From an uncultured Gammaproteobacteria bacterium (GTDB taxonomy: Bacteria > Patescibacteriota > Microgenomatia > Levybacterales > GWA1-39-11), in NCBI GenBank assembly GCA_964427615.1, contig CAYRUR010000005.1, positions 15,369 to 79,368 on the forward strand: a DNA stretch of 64,000 nucleotides. The letters are read 5' to 3'. This document shows positions 20,053 to 30,212 of the stretch, in pieces. Under the pieces are notes generated by a model. That model searched no databases, was not told the origin of the DNA, and worked only from the letters and a program-made list of their open reading frames with translations. The position numbers were made by a program, and so were the translations under genes. Numbering within the stretch: the stretch's first letter is position 1; each line of letters begins with the position of its first letter.

Positions 20053-21176
20053 AAGTCGTAGTTATTTCTCCTACTTATAATGAAAAAGTGAATATGGAAA
20101 GAATGATTCCGATATTGGAGGAAAAAGTGTTTCCAAAAATAAAAAATCATGACATGTTTTTGTTGGTTGCAGATGATAATTCTCCTGATGGGACAGCAGA
20201 TGTAGTGAAAAAATACAAAAAGCAATGGAAAAATATAGTCTTGCTAGAAGGAGAGAAAAAAGGATTGGGTGCAGCTTATGTAAAAGCAATGCGTTATGCT
20301 TCAAAAGAAATGAAAGCGGATGCGGTTATTGAATTTGATGCTGATTTTCAGCATGATCCTTATGATATTCCAAGATTGGTGGAGGCAATGGACAAGGGGT
20401 ATGATTATGTAATTGGTAGTCGGTATGTAAAAGGAGGCAAGATCCCAGCCGAGTGGGGAATTCATCGTAAATTTATGAGTTTTTTCGGTAGTTTATTTGC
20501 TCGTATTGTGTTATTTACTCCTTTTATTAATGACATGACCTCAGGATTTAAACTAACAAAAACAGCATTTTTGGATAGAGTGGATCTGGAAAATCTTTAC
20601 TCCAAATACTATGCGTACAAAATTCAGATTTTATACGAAGTAGTCAAAAAAGGAGCAAAAGTAAAAGAAGTACCTATTATCTTTTACGAAAGAAAAGAAG
20701 GATCTAGTAAGATAAGTCAAAAAGATTTATTTGATTCATTTTTAGTTGTTTTAAAGCTAAGAGTAAGAGACTCAAAAAAATTTGTCAAATTTCTGGTAGT
20801 TGGAGGGACAGGCTTTTTAATCAATACCGTTATTTATACTACACTTGCTCATCACACAGATATAAATTTGGTGCTTGCCAATACCATTGGTGCTGAGATG
20901 GCTATTTTTTCTAATTTTAACCTTAATAACGTCTGGACATTTGGTAAAAGGAAAGAGCATAAATTTAATGGTTATTTTAGAAAAATGGGTATGTTTTTTG
21001 CTACTTCAAATATTGGCGTGTGGTTATTTCAAAATGGTGCGATTGCTTTAGGAAGCGCATTATATGGAAGAACACACTACTTAATTTATTTTTTGATCGG
21101 GACTTCAATTTTACTTGTTTGGAATTTTACGATTTATAGCAAATTTATTTGGCGAGAGAAGGCTGCAATAATCTAA
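20049..21176 (+). CDS. GT2 polyprenol-phosphate glycosyltransferase fused to a GtrA flippase domain
   Basis: PTYNE, DDNSPDGT, DADFQHDP, GSRY motifs; C-terminal 4-TM domain starting KFLVVGGTG. Confidence 0.88.
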   Translation: MKVVVISPTYNEKVNMERMIPILEEKVFPKIKNHDMFLLVADDNSPDGTADVVKKYKKQWKNIVLLEGEKKGLGAAYVKAMRYASKEMKADAVIEFDADFQHDPYDIPRLVEAMDKGYDYVIGSRYVKGGKIPAEWGIHRKFMSFFGSLFARIVLFTPFINDMTSGFKLTKTAFLDRVDLENLYSKYYAYKIQILYEVVKKGAKVKEVPIIFYERKEGSSKISQKDLFDSFLVVLKLRVRDSKKFVKFLVVGGTGFLINTVIYTTLAHHTDINLVLANTIGAEMAIFSNFNLNNVWTFGKRKEHKFNGYFRKMGMFFATSNIGVWLFQNGAIALGSALYGRTHYLIYFLIGTSILLVWNFTIYSKFIWREKAAII

Positions 21177-21186
21177 AACCCTTCGT

Positions 21187-22761
21187 ATGCATACCGTATT
21201 ATCAGTAGTAAAAAAAAAGTACGAGATAATTCTCCTTGCTGTTATCCTCTTAGTTGCTTCTTTTTGGAGGCTTTACCGAATTGGTGATTATTTGACATTT
21301 TTGGGAGATGAGGGAAGAGATGTACTAGTTGTAAGAGGTATTCTACATGGAGACTTAACGCTTTTGGGACCCCGTGCTTCCGCTGGAGACTTTTTTACAG
21401 GCCCTATTTACTACTACATGATGACTCCTTTTTTGTGGTTATTTAACTATGATCCAGTTGGTCCGGCAGTAATGGTGGCATTACTGGGTATTGCAACTGT
21501 TTTCTTAGTTTATTACATCAGTAAAAAATTCTTTGGTACGAATGCAGGTTTGATAGCAGCTGCTTTATATGCCATTTCTCCTCTCATTGTGACTTATTCC
21601 CGTTCTTCTTGGAATCCAAATCCCATGCCGTTTTTTTCTCTTGTAATTATTTTACTACTGTACAAAGGGGTAAAGGAGGGTTCATGGAAAATAATGGGTA
21701 TAACAGGATTATTATTTGGAATTGCTTTTCAACTGCATTATATAGAACTCTTTTTTGCTGTATTTATGGCATTATTTTTCTTCATCGGATCGTATATTGT
21801 CGAGAAAAAAGGTCTTATAAAGCGGTTATTGGTACAGAGTATTGTGACAATGGGAGGTTTTTTAGTTGGGTTTTCTCCATTTTTAGCATTTGAAGTAAGG
21901 CATGGATTTCCTAATACAAGAACTATTTTTTCCTTTATTTTGTCCGGAACTTCCGATAATGAAAAAGCTCAGGTTGCGTCCTTTTTCCAAATAGTACCTG
22001 ATGTTTTTGTTAATTTTTTTGCCCGTACCTTACTTTATTTTCCGGGTGCTAATAATATGGCACATTTTCCTGAATGGCAGCTTACCGTATGGAAGGCAGC
22101 AGCAGTAGTAGTAGCTGTTGCCGGGATTATAGCTTTGTTTAAGACAAAAGATACATTAGTAAAACTATTGTTGTTTTTGTGGTTGGTAGTAGGTGTGGGG
22201 TTATTTGGCTTTTATAAAAAACCTATTTATGATTACTATTTTGCTTTTATGTTTCCATTACCATTTATATTAGTAGGCAATTTTTTTGCTCGGATTTTTG
22301 AAAATAAAACAGTTCCACTCATTATAAAAGCAGCGAGTATGGGTATTGTTTTGTTTTTGATTGGTTTAAATCTATCAGGATTTCCATTTCAACATGAACC
22401 GAATAAGCAAAAGGATCAAATGAAGCAGATTGCTGAGTTTGTGATGGACAAAGCTGGTGGAAAGCCATTTAACTTTGCCTTAATTACCGGAGGAAATTCT
22501 GATCATGCATATCGCTATTATTTTGAATTAAAGGATAGAACCCCGGTAACTATAGAGAACCCTGAAATAGATCCTGAAAGAAAAACGGTAACAGACCAGT
22601 TATTTGTGGTTTGTGAAAGTCTTCCTTGTGCACCCTTGGGTCATCCGTTATGGGAGATTGCTGGATTTGGTAGTGCAACTATCTCAGCCGAGTGGGATGT
22701 GTCAGTAGTAGAGATATACAAATTGACTCCCTATAAAAATGAAGGTGAAACTAATGAATAA
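21187..22761 (+). CDS. GT-C (ArnT/PMT-like) integral membrane glycosyltransferase
   Basis: DE dipeptide in first loop (LGDEGRD), GPIYYY, SRSSWNPN, about 11 TM segments plus a C-terminal extracellular domain. Confidence 0.82.
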   Translation: MHTVLSVVKKKYEIILLAVILLVASFWRLYRIGDYLTFLGDEGRDVLVVRGILHGDLTLLGPRASAGDFFTGPIYYYMMTPFLWLFNYDPVGPAVMVALLGIATVFLVYYISKKFFGTNAGLIAAALYAISPLIVTYSRSSWNPNPMPFFSLVIILLLYKGVKEGSWKIMGITGLLFGIAFQLHYIELFFAVFMALFFFIGSYIVEKKGLIKRLLVQSIVTMGGFLVGFSPFLAFEVRHGFPNTRTIFSFILSGTSDNEKAQVASFFQIVPDVFVNFFARTLLYFPGANNMAHFPEWQLTVWKAAAVVVAVAGIIALFKTKDTLVKLLLFLWLVVGVGLFGFYKKPIYDYYFAFMFPLPFILVGNFFARIFENKTVPLIIKAASMGIVLFLIGLNLSGFPFQHEPNKQKDQMKQIAEFVMDKAGGKPFNFALITGGNSDHAYRYYFELKDRTPVTIENPEIDPERKTVTDQLFVVCESLPCAPLGHPLWEIAGFGSATISAEWDVSVVEIYKLTPYKNEGETNE

Positions 22762-23047
22762 AGAAAGCAAAGAGTTGATCGCGGAACAAGTAAATAATTG
22801 CGTTGAGTAGTAAGATAAATCCTGAAGCTACCAGCGTGTGTTTTATATCTTTTCTCACATAACGAATTGACTGTTCAACAGCAGCAGGGATAGAAGCGTT
22901 TGTAGAAACTTGCTCCACTTTTGGCACAACTTTTTTGGGAAGAGTATAGGTAGGGGTAACAAAGGGTTTTTCTTCTTGTGTCTTCTCAATTTCTCGTTTT
23001 AAGTCTGTGTGTATCTTTTGTTTCTTCGTTTTCTTCTTTTTACTCAT
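22751..23047 (-). CDS. Hypothetical basic protein with C-terminal TM
   Basis: 98-aa ORF, K-rich N-terminus, C-terminal hydrophobic helix. Confidence 0.6.
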   Translation of the reverse strand: MSKKKKTKKQKIHTDLKREIEKTQEEKPFVTPTYTLPKKVVPKVEQVSTNASIPAAVEQSIRYVRKDIKHTLVASGFILLLNAIIYLFRDQLFAFFIH

Positions 23048-23103
23048 GTACCCAAAGTATCATATTGACAGTAACCAAGTCAAGAGAATACAATTATCAA
23101 TAT

Positions 23104-23577
23104 ATGAATCTGGATCCCCAATTTTTTCTATTAATTATCTCCTTAGTGTGGTCTTTGGTTCTTACTGTGTTGTTTGTAAAGTTCTATTTTTATTATTCCC
23201 GACTTACGAAAGAAGGAAAAAAAGAATCCCTGATTCAAGTTATTGATACAGTACTGGCAAAAGAAGATGTATTGGAGAAAAAAATAGACGAGTTAGTAAA
23301 GCAGTGTACTAAATTAGAAGAAGAAGGAAAGTTATATGTACAAAAAATTGGGTTGATCCGGTTTAATCCTTTTCAGGACACAGGAGGAGACCAAAGTTTT
23401 ATTTTAGCACTGGTTGATGCAAATGATACTGGCGTAGTTATTTCAAGTCTTCATACCAGAAGTGGTACACGCTGGTATGCCAAGAAAGTGACAGGCGGAA
23501 AAGGGATAGAGCATAATTTATCTGAAGAAGAAAAGAAAGCAATTAAAGAAGCTTTATCTTTGAAGAATACTGCATAA
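23104..23577 (+). CDS. DUF4446-family protein
   Basis: KIGLIRFNPFQDTGGDQSF, GVVISSLHTR, LSEEEKKA motifs; N-terminal TM. Confidence 0.8.
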   Translation: MNLDPQFFLLIISLVWSLVLTVLFVKFYFYYSRLTKEGKKESLIQVIDTVLAKEDVLEKKIDELVKQCTKLEEEGKLYVQKIGLIRFNPFQDTGGDQSFILALVDANDTGVVISSLHTRSGTRWYAKKVTGGKGIEHNLSEEEKKAIKEALSLKNTA

Positions 23578-23600
23578 TCATTTATAATAGGGAAGCGTTT

Positions 23601-24770
23601 ATGAAGAATAAAAATCTTTTTATAACTGGTATCGTTGTTTACTTGGTTAGTGCTTTGGTTGCTTATTTTCTGTTCTCTAACTTGTTTTCTTCCGGAACCC
23701 TCATGACTTCTCCTGTTCCTCCTCCCAAAGTCGGCAGTGATGGAAAACTTGTTTTTGATGATTCTTTACCTAAGACAGAAAGTTGTCCGCTAAATGGAGC
23801 TATGTATTCCAAACAACAGCGTCAATGGTGGGAACAGCACAGACCTTTAGGAGTAATGATTGAAAACCATGAAGAATCACGTCCACAGTCAGGTTTATCA
23901 GCCACTGATATTGTTTTTGAAACAGTAGCAGAAGGCGGTATCACTCGATTTTTGGCAGTATTTTATTGTCAGGACGCTCCTATTGTAGGACCAGTACGCT
24001 CTGCACGCACCTACTTTCTTGACTTTATCTCAGGGTTTGGCAGTAGTCCACTCTACGCTCACGTAGGAGGAGCGAATACGCCTGGTCCAGCTGATGCTTT
24101 GGGACAAATCGATTCCTATGGATGGGCAGGCTACAATGACATGAATCAATTCTCTATAGGTTTTCCGATTTTTTGGAGAGACTATGATAGACTAGGCAGA
24201 ACAGTTGCTACAGAACATACTATGTATTCGTCTACCTCTAAACTATGGGAGCTGGCAAAAAAAAGAGGTTTAACAGATACAGATAAAAAAGGTAATAAAT
24301 GGGATGAAGATTTTACTCCTTACACCTTTAAAGAGGATGCAGAAGCCTCAAAAAGACCTGCTTCTCAGATAATAAATCTTAGCTTCTGGAGCGGATATGG
24401 AGACTACGCGGTAAAATGGGAGTACAAAAAAGATACAAATAATTACGTACGTTCAAATGGTGGAGTGTCTCACACAGATAAAAATAATAATAGCCAGTTG
24501 TCTGCCAAGAATATTGTGATATTATACATGGAAGAAAGCAGAGCAAATGACGGGTATCCAGGAAATGTACACTTACTGTATGATACAAAAGGAAGTGGAG
24601 ATGCTGTAGTATTTATGGATGGGAAAAGAGTACGGGCAACCTGGTCAAAGCCAAAGAGGACTTCAAAATTGGTGATAAAGGATACAGCAGGAAAAGAGAT
24701 AGCCTTTAATAAGGGAAGAATTTGGTTTACAATTCTGGATACAGCAAATGATTCCTTAACTGTAAAATAA
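23601..24770 (+). CDS. DUF3048 (YerB-like) exported protein
   Basis: RPLGVMIEN, RPQSGLS, EGGITRF, GPVRSAR motifs. Confidence 0.85.
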   Translation: MKNKNLFITGIVVYLVSALVAYFLFSNLFSSGTLMTSPVPPPKVGSDGKLVFDDSLPKTESCPLNGAMYSKQQRQWWEQHRPLGVMIENHEESRPQSGLSATDIVFETVAEGGITRFLAVFYCQDAPIVGPVRSARTYFLDFISGFGSSPLYAHVGGANTPGPADALGQIDSYGWAGYNDMNQFSIGFPIFWRDYDRLGRTVATEHTMYSSTSKLWELAKKRGLTDTDKKGNKWDEDFTPYTFKEDAEASKRPASQIINLSFWSGYGDYAVKWEYKKDTNNYVRSNGGVSHTDKNNNSQLSAKNIVILYMEESRANDGYPGNVHLLYDTKGSGDAVVFMDGKRVRATWSKPKRTSKLVIKDTAGKEIAFNKGRIWFTILDTANDSLTVK

Positions 24771-24818
24771 ACTTCTCTTGCTTGCCAAGAGGCAGGTGAG
24801 CATGGCAGGATAAGTTAT

Positions 24819-25397
24819 ATGTTAGAAGATCTTATTACATCAAAAACAAGAGTAAAAGTATTGTACACTTTTTTAGAAAATCCTTCTGAAATGTACCATG
24901 TTCGGGAGATAGTCAGAAGAGTGGATGAAGAAATCAATGCGGTAAGGCGTGAATTGATCTTCCTTGAAAAAAAAGGAGTTTTACAAAAAGAACCTCGGGC
25001 AAATAGAGTCTATTATTCCTTCGATAAAAGCTATCCTTTTTTACATGACTTACTACGAATTTACCTCAAATCAAAGGGATTAGCAGCTGATATCTTAAAA
25101 AACAAAGTTAAACTCGGTAAAATAAAATTTGCTATGTTAGCGGGAAAGTATGTGAGGGGATTTGAAAATGCAAAAGCTGAAGAAGTTGATTTATTAGTAG
25201 TTGGGAAAGTAGTGCTTCCCGAATTGGCGGTACTAGTCAGAAAAGAAGAAGCAAAAAGAGGAGTTGAAATTAATTACACGGTAATGCAGGAGGATGAGTT
25301 TGATTTTAGGAAAAAAAGACTTGATCCTTTTATTTCCTCCATTATTTATGGTCCTCGAATTATGGTCATGGGAGAGGAGACTGCGTTACTAGCGTAA
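24819..25397 (+). CDS. Winged-HTH protein with C-terminal nucleotidyltransferase-like domain
   Basis: SKTRVK...YHVREIVR...INAVRREL wHTH; VDLLVVG and EINYTVM NTase-fold motifs. Confidence 0.7.
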   Translation: MLEDLITSKTRVKVLYTFLENPSEMYHVREIVRRVDEEINAVRRELIFLEKKGVLQKEPRANRVYYSFDKSYPFLHDLLRIYLKSKGLAADILKNKVKLGKIKFAMLAGKYVRGFENAKAEEVDLLVVGKVVLPELAVLVRKEEAKRGVEINYTVMQEDEFDFRKKRLDPFISSIIYGPRIMVMGEETALLA

Positions 25398-25409
25398 GGA
25401 GGGATAGTT

Positions 25410-26777
25410 GTGAAAAAGCCTACTATTTTTGTTGGAATTATTTTTTTTGTTTCAATACTCTTATTTTTTGCTGTTTTACCACAGGGTCTAAAATTGCCAG
25501 GTTTTAAACTTCCTTTTTTGAATCAAGAGGTAAACCTTAATTTCTCACAAATTGATATTAACGCAGGGCCTTTACATATTCAAAAAAACTTTGATTACCG
25601 TTTGGGTTTGGATTTACAGGGTGGGACACGACTCACCTATGACGTAGACATGTCAGAGGTGGAATCAGATAAAAGAGATGCAGCTTTTGAGTCTGTCAGA
25701 AACGTAATTGAGCGGCGGGTTAATTTTTTTGGCGTAACAGAGCCTACTATCCAAACAGTAAAGGTATCTGATGATTATCGAGTGGTTGTGGAACTCCCAG
25801 GAACAACAAATGTAGAAGAAGCAATTAGTCTCATTGGAAAAACGGCACAGTTATCATTTTGGGAGTCAAATCCTGCAGCAACAGAAGCTGCTGAGCAAGC
25901 AACTCCTTCCTCCTTACTGGATTTCCAATTAGCTCAAGTGTTAGGCGCAAATCCTCAAAAAACAAAGTTAACAGGACGAGATCTAAAACAGGCACAAGTA
26001 ACGTTTAATCAACAGACAGGAGAGCCACAAGTATTGCTTACTTTCACTCCTGAAGGAACAAAGCTCTTTGCAGATATAACCAAAAGAAATGTTGGTAAGC
26101 CCGTGGCAATTGCACTTGATGAACAAGTAATTCAGGCACCAGTGGTGAATGAGCCAATCTTAAATGGAAGTGCGGTTATTTCAGGTGGGTATGATACTAC
26201 TGCTGCAAAAAATGTAGTAATTCAGTTAAATGCTGGAGCATTACCTGCTCCCTTACATATTATTGCACAAAGCACAGAAGGACCAAGTCTGGGGTTGGAA
26301 GCTTTGAAGAAAAGTGCTTTTGCTGGAGCGATAGGATTTATAACCATTCTTTTGTTTATGAGTTATTTGTATAAAAAAGAAGGGCTACTTGCTTCTGTGG
26401 CTTTGATTATTTATGTGTTAATCAATTTGTTTGTTTTTAAGTTTTTCTCTATTACTCTGACATTGGCAGGTATTGCCGGATTTATTCTTTCAGTAGGTAT
26501 GGCAGTGGATGCAAATATTTTGATATTTGAAAGAATGAAAGAGGAACTACGTGCTGGAAAATCCTTAGATGTAGCCAGAAAAATCGGGTTTAAACGAGCT
26601 TGGACTTCTATCAGGGATTCAAATGTTACCAGTATTATTGTCTCTTTGATTTTATTTTACTTTGGTACCGGTATTGTGAGAGGCTTTGCTATTGTGCTAT
26701 TAATTGGTATTGTAGTCTCTATGTTCTCAGCCATTGTGGTAACGCGTAATTTGTTGGCAGTATTTGATAATAAATAG
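25410..26777 (+). CDS. secD: Protein translocase subunit SecD
   Basis: LGLDLQGG, VELPG, LNAGALP, GMAVDANILIFER motifs. Confidence 0.95.
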   Translation: MKKPTIFVGIIFFVSILLFFAVLPQGLKLPGFKLPFLNQEVNLNFSQIDINAGPLHIQKNFDYRLGLDLQGGTRLTYDVDMSEVESDKRDAAFESVRNVIERRVNFFGVTEPTIQTVKVSDDYRVVVELPGTTNVEEAISLIGKTAQLSFWESNPAATEAAEQATPSSLLDFQLAQVLGANPQKTKLTGRDLKQAQVTFNQQTGEPQVLLTFTPEGTKLFADITKRNVGKPVAIALDEQVIQAPVVNEPILNGSAVISGGYDTTAAKNVVIQLNAGALPAPLHIIAQSTEGPSLGLEALKKSAFAGAIGFITILLFMSYLYKKEGLLASVALIIYVLINLFVFKFFSITLTLAGIAGFILSVGMAVDANILIFERMKEELRAGKSLDVARKIGFKRAWTSIRDSNVTSIIVSLILFYFGTGIVRGFAIVLLIGIVVSMFSAIVVTRNLLAVFDNK

Positions 26778-26778
26778 T

Positions 26779-27681
26779 ATGGATATTATTGGTAAAAAAA
26801 CAATTTATTTTCTTATCTCAGGAATACTGACTGTAGTAAGTATCATCTCTCTTGTGTTTTTTGGACTTAATTTAGCTATTGAGTTCACAGGCGGTTCACG
26901 ACTGGCATTAGATCATAAAAGTAATACCAAAATAACGCAAGAAAAGGTAGAGCAAATAGCTCAAAAGTACAACGCGAGTGTTTATAAAATAAGAGAGGTA
27001 GATGCAGATACAGTACTTATCAGAACTACTCCTATAGATCAGAAGACAAAAAACAACATAGTTGCTGACCTTAAAAAATCATATCCTGAAGTTGCCGAAG
27101 CAAGTTTTGAAACAGTAGGTCCAACAATTGGAGAGGAAACAGAAAGAAATGCTCTAAAAGCCATTCTTATCGCATCTTTGGCAATTCTTGTATATATTGC
27201 GTTTGTATTCAGACAAGTATCTCGCCCTGTTGCTTCTTGGAAATTCGGGGTAGCAGCAATTATTGCGTTATTACATGACGTGGTCGTAATAGTTGGAGTG
27301 TTCTCTTTGTTAGGTAAATTTTTGGATGTTGAAATAGACCCTCTTTTTATTACTGCTGTGTTAACTATCATGGGTTTTTCAGTCCATGATACTATTGTGG
27401 TTTTTGATAGAATCAGAGAAAACATTAAAAAAACAACAGGAGTACCATTTGATAGAGTGGTAAATAACGCCGTAATTGAGACACTATCAAGGTCTCTTAA
27501 TACCTCTTTAACCGTTTTGTTTGTTCTTTTGGCCTTAATTCTTTTTGGAGGAGAAAGTATTAAATGGTTTGTAGTTGCCTTGTTTATTGGTGTAGCTGTT
27601 GGAACATATTCTTCCATTTTTACTGCTTCTCCTCTTTTAGTTTTGTGGCACGAGTGGGATAAAAGAAAAGGAAAGAAATAA
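26779..27681 (+). CDS. secF: Protein translocase subunit SecF
   Basis: IEFTGG, VGPTIG, HDTIVVFDRIRE, GTYSSIF motifs. Confidence 0.95.
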   Translation: MDIIGKKTIYFLISGILTVVSIISLVFFGLNLAIEFTGGSRLALDHKSNTKITQEKVEQIAQKYNASVYKIREVDADTVLIRTTPIDQKTKNNIVADLKKSYPEVAEASFETVGPTIGEETERNALKAILIASLAILVYIAFVFRQVSRPVASWKFGVAAIIALLHDVVVIVGVFSLLGKFLDVEIDPLFITAVLTIMGFSVHDTIVVFDRIRENIKKTTGVPFDRVVNNAVIETLSRSLNTSLTVLFVLLALILFGGESIKWFVVALFIGVAVGTYSSIFTASPLLVLWHEWDKRKGKK

Positions 27682-27750
27682 TTAATTTCTTTTGATCTCG
27701 AAATTGCTGCAAAAGAAGAAGTAACGGAGAGATCTTTATGAGAAAAATAA

Positions 27751-28311
27751 CTAATAGAGTTGCTTTTTTATTTCTTCTTTATACCACTGAGCAAATTCTT
27801 CCCAAATAGTGTATGTTTCTACAGATGTGACGTTGGTCTCCAGTTTTTTTGCTATGGATTGTCTATCGGAAGAAAGGGTAGTGACAGTTGTTGCAGCAAG
27901 CCCTTTACCTTGTACTTCATGTAATACTTCTCCTTTGTGTTGGATGGAAAAAGTTTTTAAATTGTGACCATCTATATAGCATATGACTTCTGTTAATATA
28001 GCTTCTCTATTTTCTTTCCCTTGCATAAGATGTAAAAAGTCCTCTGGTGTAAACCATTCATTCATATATTTCATATATGCACCAGGGAAGCCATTTAAAG
28101 CAGTAAATGACCATCCATGATCATTTACAAAAAGTGGTTTTTGTAAAATACCAAAAGCATGCTTTGCTTTGTGTATTGCTATTTGTTCTATATCATGGGA
28201 CTGTATTTCTTCAAGTTCTAAAGCCTGAGGAGTAATGGATATGCCTAAGGGTGAAAGGTATCTTTGGGCAATAGCGATTTTATTTTTATTGCCAGTAACG
28301 TAGTAGAGCAT
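27751..28311 (-). CDS. Ham1/ITPase-family non-canonical purine NTP pyrophosphatase (divergent)
   Basis: TGNKNK, EIQ, ALNGFPGAY motifs. Confidence 0.8.
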   Translation of the reverse strand: MLYYVTGNKNKIAIAQRYLSPLGISITPQALELEEIQSHDIEQIAIHKAKHAFGILQKPLFVNDHGWSFTALNGFPGAYMKYMNEWFTPEDFLHLMQGKENREAILTEVICYIDGHNLKTFSIQHKGEVLHEVQGKGLAATTVTTLSSDRQSIAKKLETNVTSVETYTIWEEFAQWYKEEIKKQLY

Positions 28312-28320
28312 ATCAGGAAA

Positions 28321-28773
28321 TTAGGATGAGAGTTTTTCTCTGACGAGTGCACTTACAAGGCTGTTATCTGCTTTACCTTTTATTTGTGGCATAAGCGCTC
28401 CCATAACTTTTCCCATGTCTTTGAGTTCTGAGGCACCCGTCTTGGTAATTGCATCATCGATAAGGTCTTTAATTGCATCTTCTGAGAGCTGCTCTGGGAG
28501 GAAAGATTGTAAAATTTCTACTTCTTTTTCTTCTTTTTCAGCCATTTCTTCTCTGCCTGCATTTTTATACATCTCAATTGATTCTTTTCTTTTTTTTATT
28601 TCTTTTCCAGCTACCTCAATAATATCCTCATCAGTTGCCTCATACCCTGCTCCTCCTTTTTGGATTTCATAGTATTGCAGCGCACTTTTCAACATTCGCA
28701 GTACAGAAAGTCTGAATTCGTCTTTTGCAAGCATAGCTTGTTTTAATTCTTGTTGAATTTTTTCTTTTAACAT
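28321..28773 (-). CDS. GatB/YqeY domain protein
   Basis: AMLAKD..RLSVLRM, KKRKESI, LPEQLS, DMGKVMG motifs; start 28773 lies 6 nt after TATAAT. Confidence 0.9.
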   Translation of the reverse strand: MLKEKIQQELKQAMLAKDEFRLSVLRMLKSALQYYEIQKGGAGYEATDEDIIEVAGKEIKKRKESIEMYKNAGREEMAEKEEKEVEILQSFLPEQLSEDAIKDLIDDAITKTGASELKDMGKVMGALMPQIKGKADNSLVSALVREKLSS

Positions 28774-28780
28774 AGTTCTA

Positions 28781-30175
28781 TTATACAACAGGCTTCATCT
28801 GTTTTCCTAATTCTTTTACACGATCTTCTAAATACTCTCGGTTGTTTTTTGATAAATCTTCATCTACTTCCTCAAAAAGAATCTTGAGGATTTTTCCTAC
28901 CTGTGGACCGGGAGAGATATTAAGAATGTTCATTACATCATTACCGTCTATGGCAAGATCATTAATAGAAAAAGGAGGATGGAGTTCTTTTTCCAGCCGT
29001 TCTTTAAATAACTTTAATCTCCAGCTTTCAGCTGTTTGTGTACCGCCTCCGAGTCTGTCTCCAATACGCAGATCCATCATATCAGAGACATTCTCAACAC
29101 CCACTCTTCTAATAAACCGTCTAATAGCACTGTCTGATAAATGTTCATGCACAGGGAACATATGCCACCTAATAAGTGTTACCAGCTTTTCTTTTTGTTT
29201 TTTGGAAAGGCGTAGATCATCAGCAATTTTGGCTGCAATACGTGCACCTGCTACTTCATGGTTGTAAAAGATAACATATCCGTTTTCATCATATGAGACA
29301 ACCTCTGATTTACCTACATCATGCAAGAGTGTTGCAAGACGCACTAAAGGATCTGTTGAAGGGCATTCTTTTAAAGAAAGGATGTTATGCGTAAATACAT
29401 CAGTAGTATGATGTCTACCCGGTCTTACTTGTGAAATACCTTTTCCCTTCACCAAGTCAGGAAGAATAATGGCTAGTATCCCTGCTTCATCCAAGAGGCG
29501 GATACCGATATAAGGATGATGACTTGAAAGAATTTTAAAAAGCTCATCTCTAATTCTTTCTTTTGATACGTGTTTGATAAGCTCAGCATTGTTAACAATA
29601 GCATCCCACGTTGTTTCATCTATCGTAAAATGCAGCTGAGTGGCAAAACGAATGGCCCGCATCAGACGTAGTGCATCTTCTTGAAATCGTTTGGAAGGAT
29701 CACCTACTGCTTTGATAACTTTCTTTTCTATATCTTTTCTTCCTTCAAAAGGGTCTACAAAATCAAAGTGAGTGGGGTGAGTGTAGTCGGGAATTGCAGC
29801 AGCAATGGCATTTACCGTAAAATCTCTTCTTTCAAGATCATCAGTTAAGGAAGTTCCCCATTCTACTGATTCTGGATGACGAAAATCTTTGTATTCTCGA
29901 TCTTTTCTGTACGTAGTTATCTCAACATAGTGTTTCGAGTCAGATAACTCTACACCAACCGTACCAAATGTGTTTTCATAAAAAGAGTCAGGGAAAAGTG
30001 ACTGGATTTGCTCAGGAGTGGCATTGGTAGTTAAGTCCCAATCAGTAATAGGTCTTCCCATAATAAGGTCTCTGACACATCCACCAACCAGATATACTTC
30101 AAATCCTGCATCTCTTACTTTTTTGTAAATCGGGACAATTTCTTTTTTTAACTCTTCCTCATTTTCTTTTTTCAT
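28781..30175 (-). CDS. cca: CCA tRNA nucleotidyltransferase with HD domain
   Basis: VGGCVRD, DWD, RRDFTVNA, EDALR, ERIRDE, LLHDVGK motifs. Confidence 0.88.
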   Translation of the reverse strand: MKKENEEELKKEIVPIYKKVRDAGFEVYLVGGCVRDLIMGRPITDWDLTTNATPEQIQSLFPDSFYENTFGTVGVELSDSKHYVEITTYRKDREYKDFRHPESVEWGTSLTDDLERRDFTVNAIAAAIPDYTHPTHFDFVDPFEGRKDIEKKVIKAVGDPSKRFQEDALRLMRAIRFATQLHFTIDETTWDAIVNNAELIKHVSKERIRDELFKILSSHHPYIGIRLLDEAGILAIILPDLVKGKGISQVRPGRHHTTDVFTHNILSLKECPSTDPLVRLATLLHDVGKSEVVSYDENGYVIFYNHEVAGARIAAKIADDLRLSKKQKEKLVTLIRWHMFPVHEHLSDSAIRRFIRRVGVENVSDMMDLRIGDRLGGGTQTAESWRLKLFKERLEKELHPPFSINDLAIDGNDVMNILNISPGPQVGKILKILFEEVDEDLSKNNREYLEDRVKELGKQMKPVV

Positions 30176-30212
30176 ATGATATTATAGATACGCACGTTTT
30201 CTACAGTATATC

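Noticed and set aside
24778-24801. Short hairpin CTTGCTTGCC-AAGA-GGCAGGTGAG
   Set aside because: Single imperfect copy without a U-tail; cannot distinguish terminator, repeat remnant or chance
27039-27617. 192-aa antisense ORF within secF, plus many similar shadow ORFs in the track
   Set aside because: Fully overlap well-supported genes on the opposite strand and show no motifs
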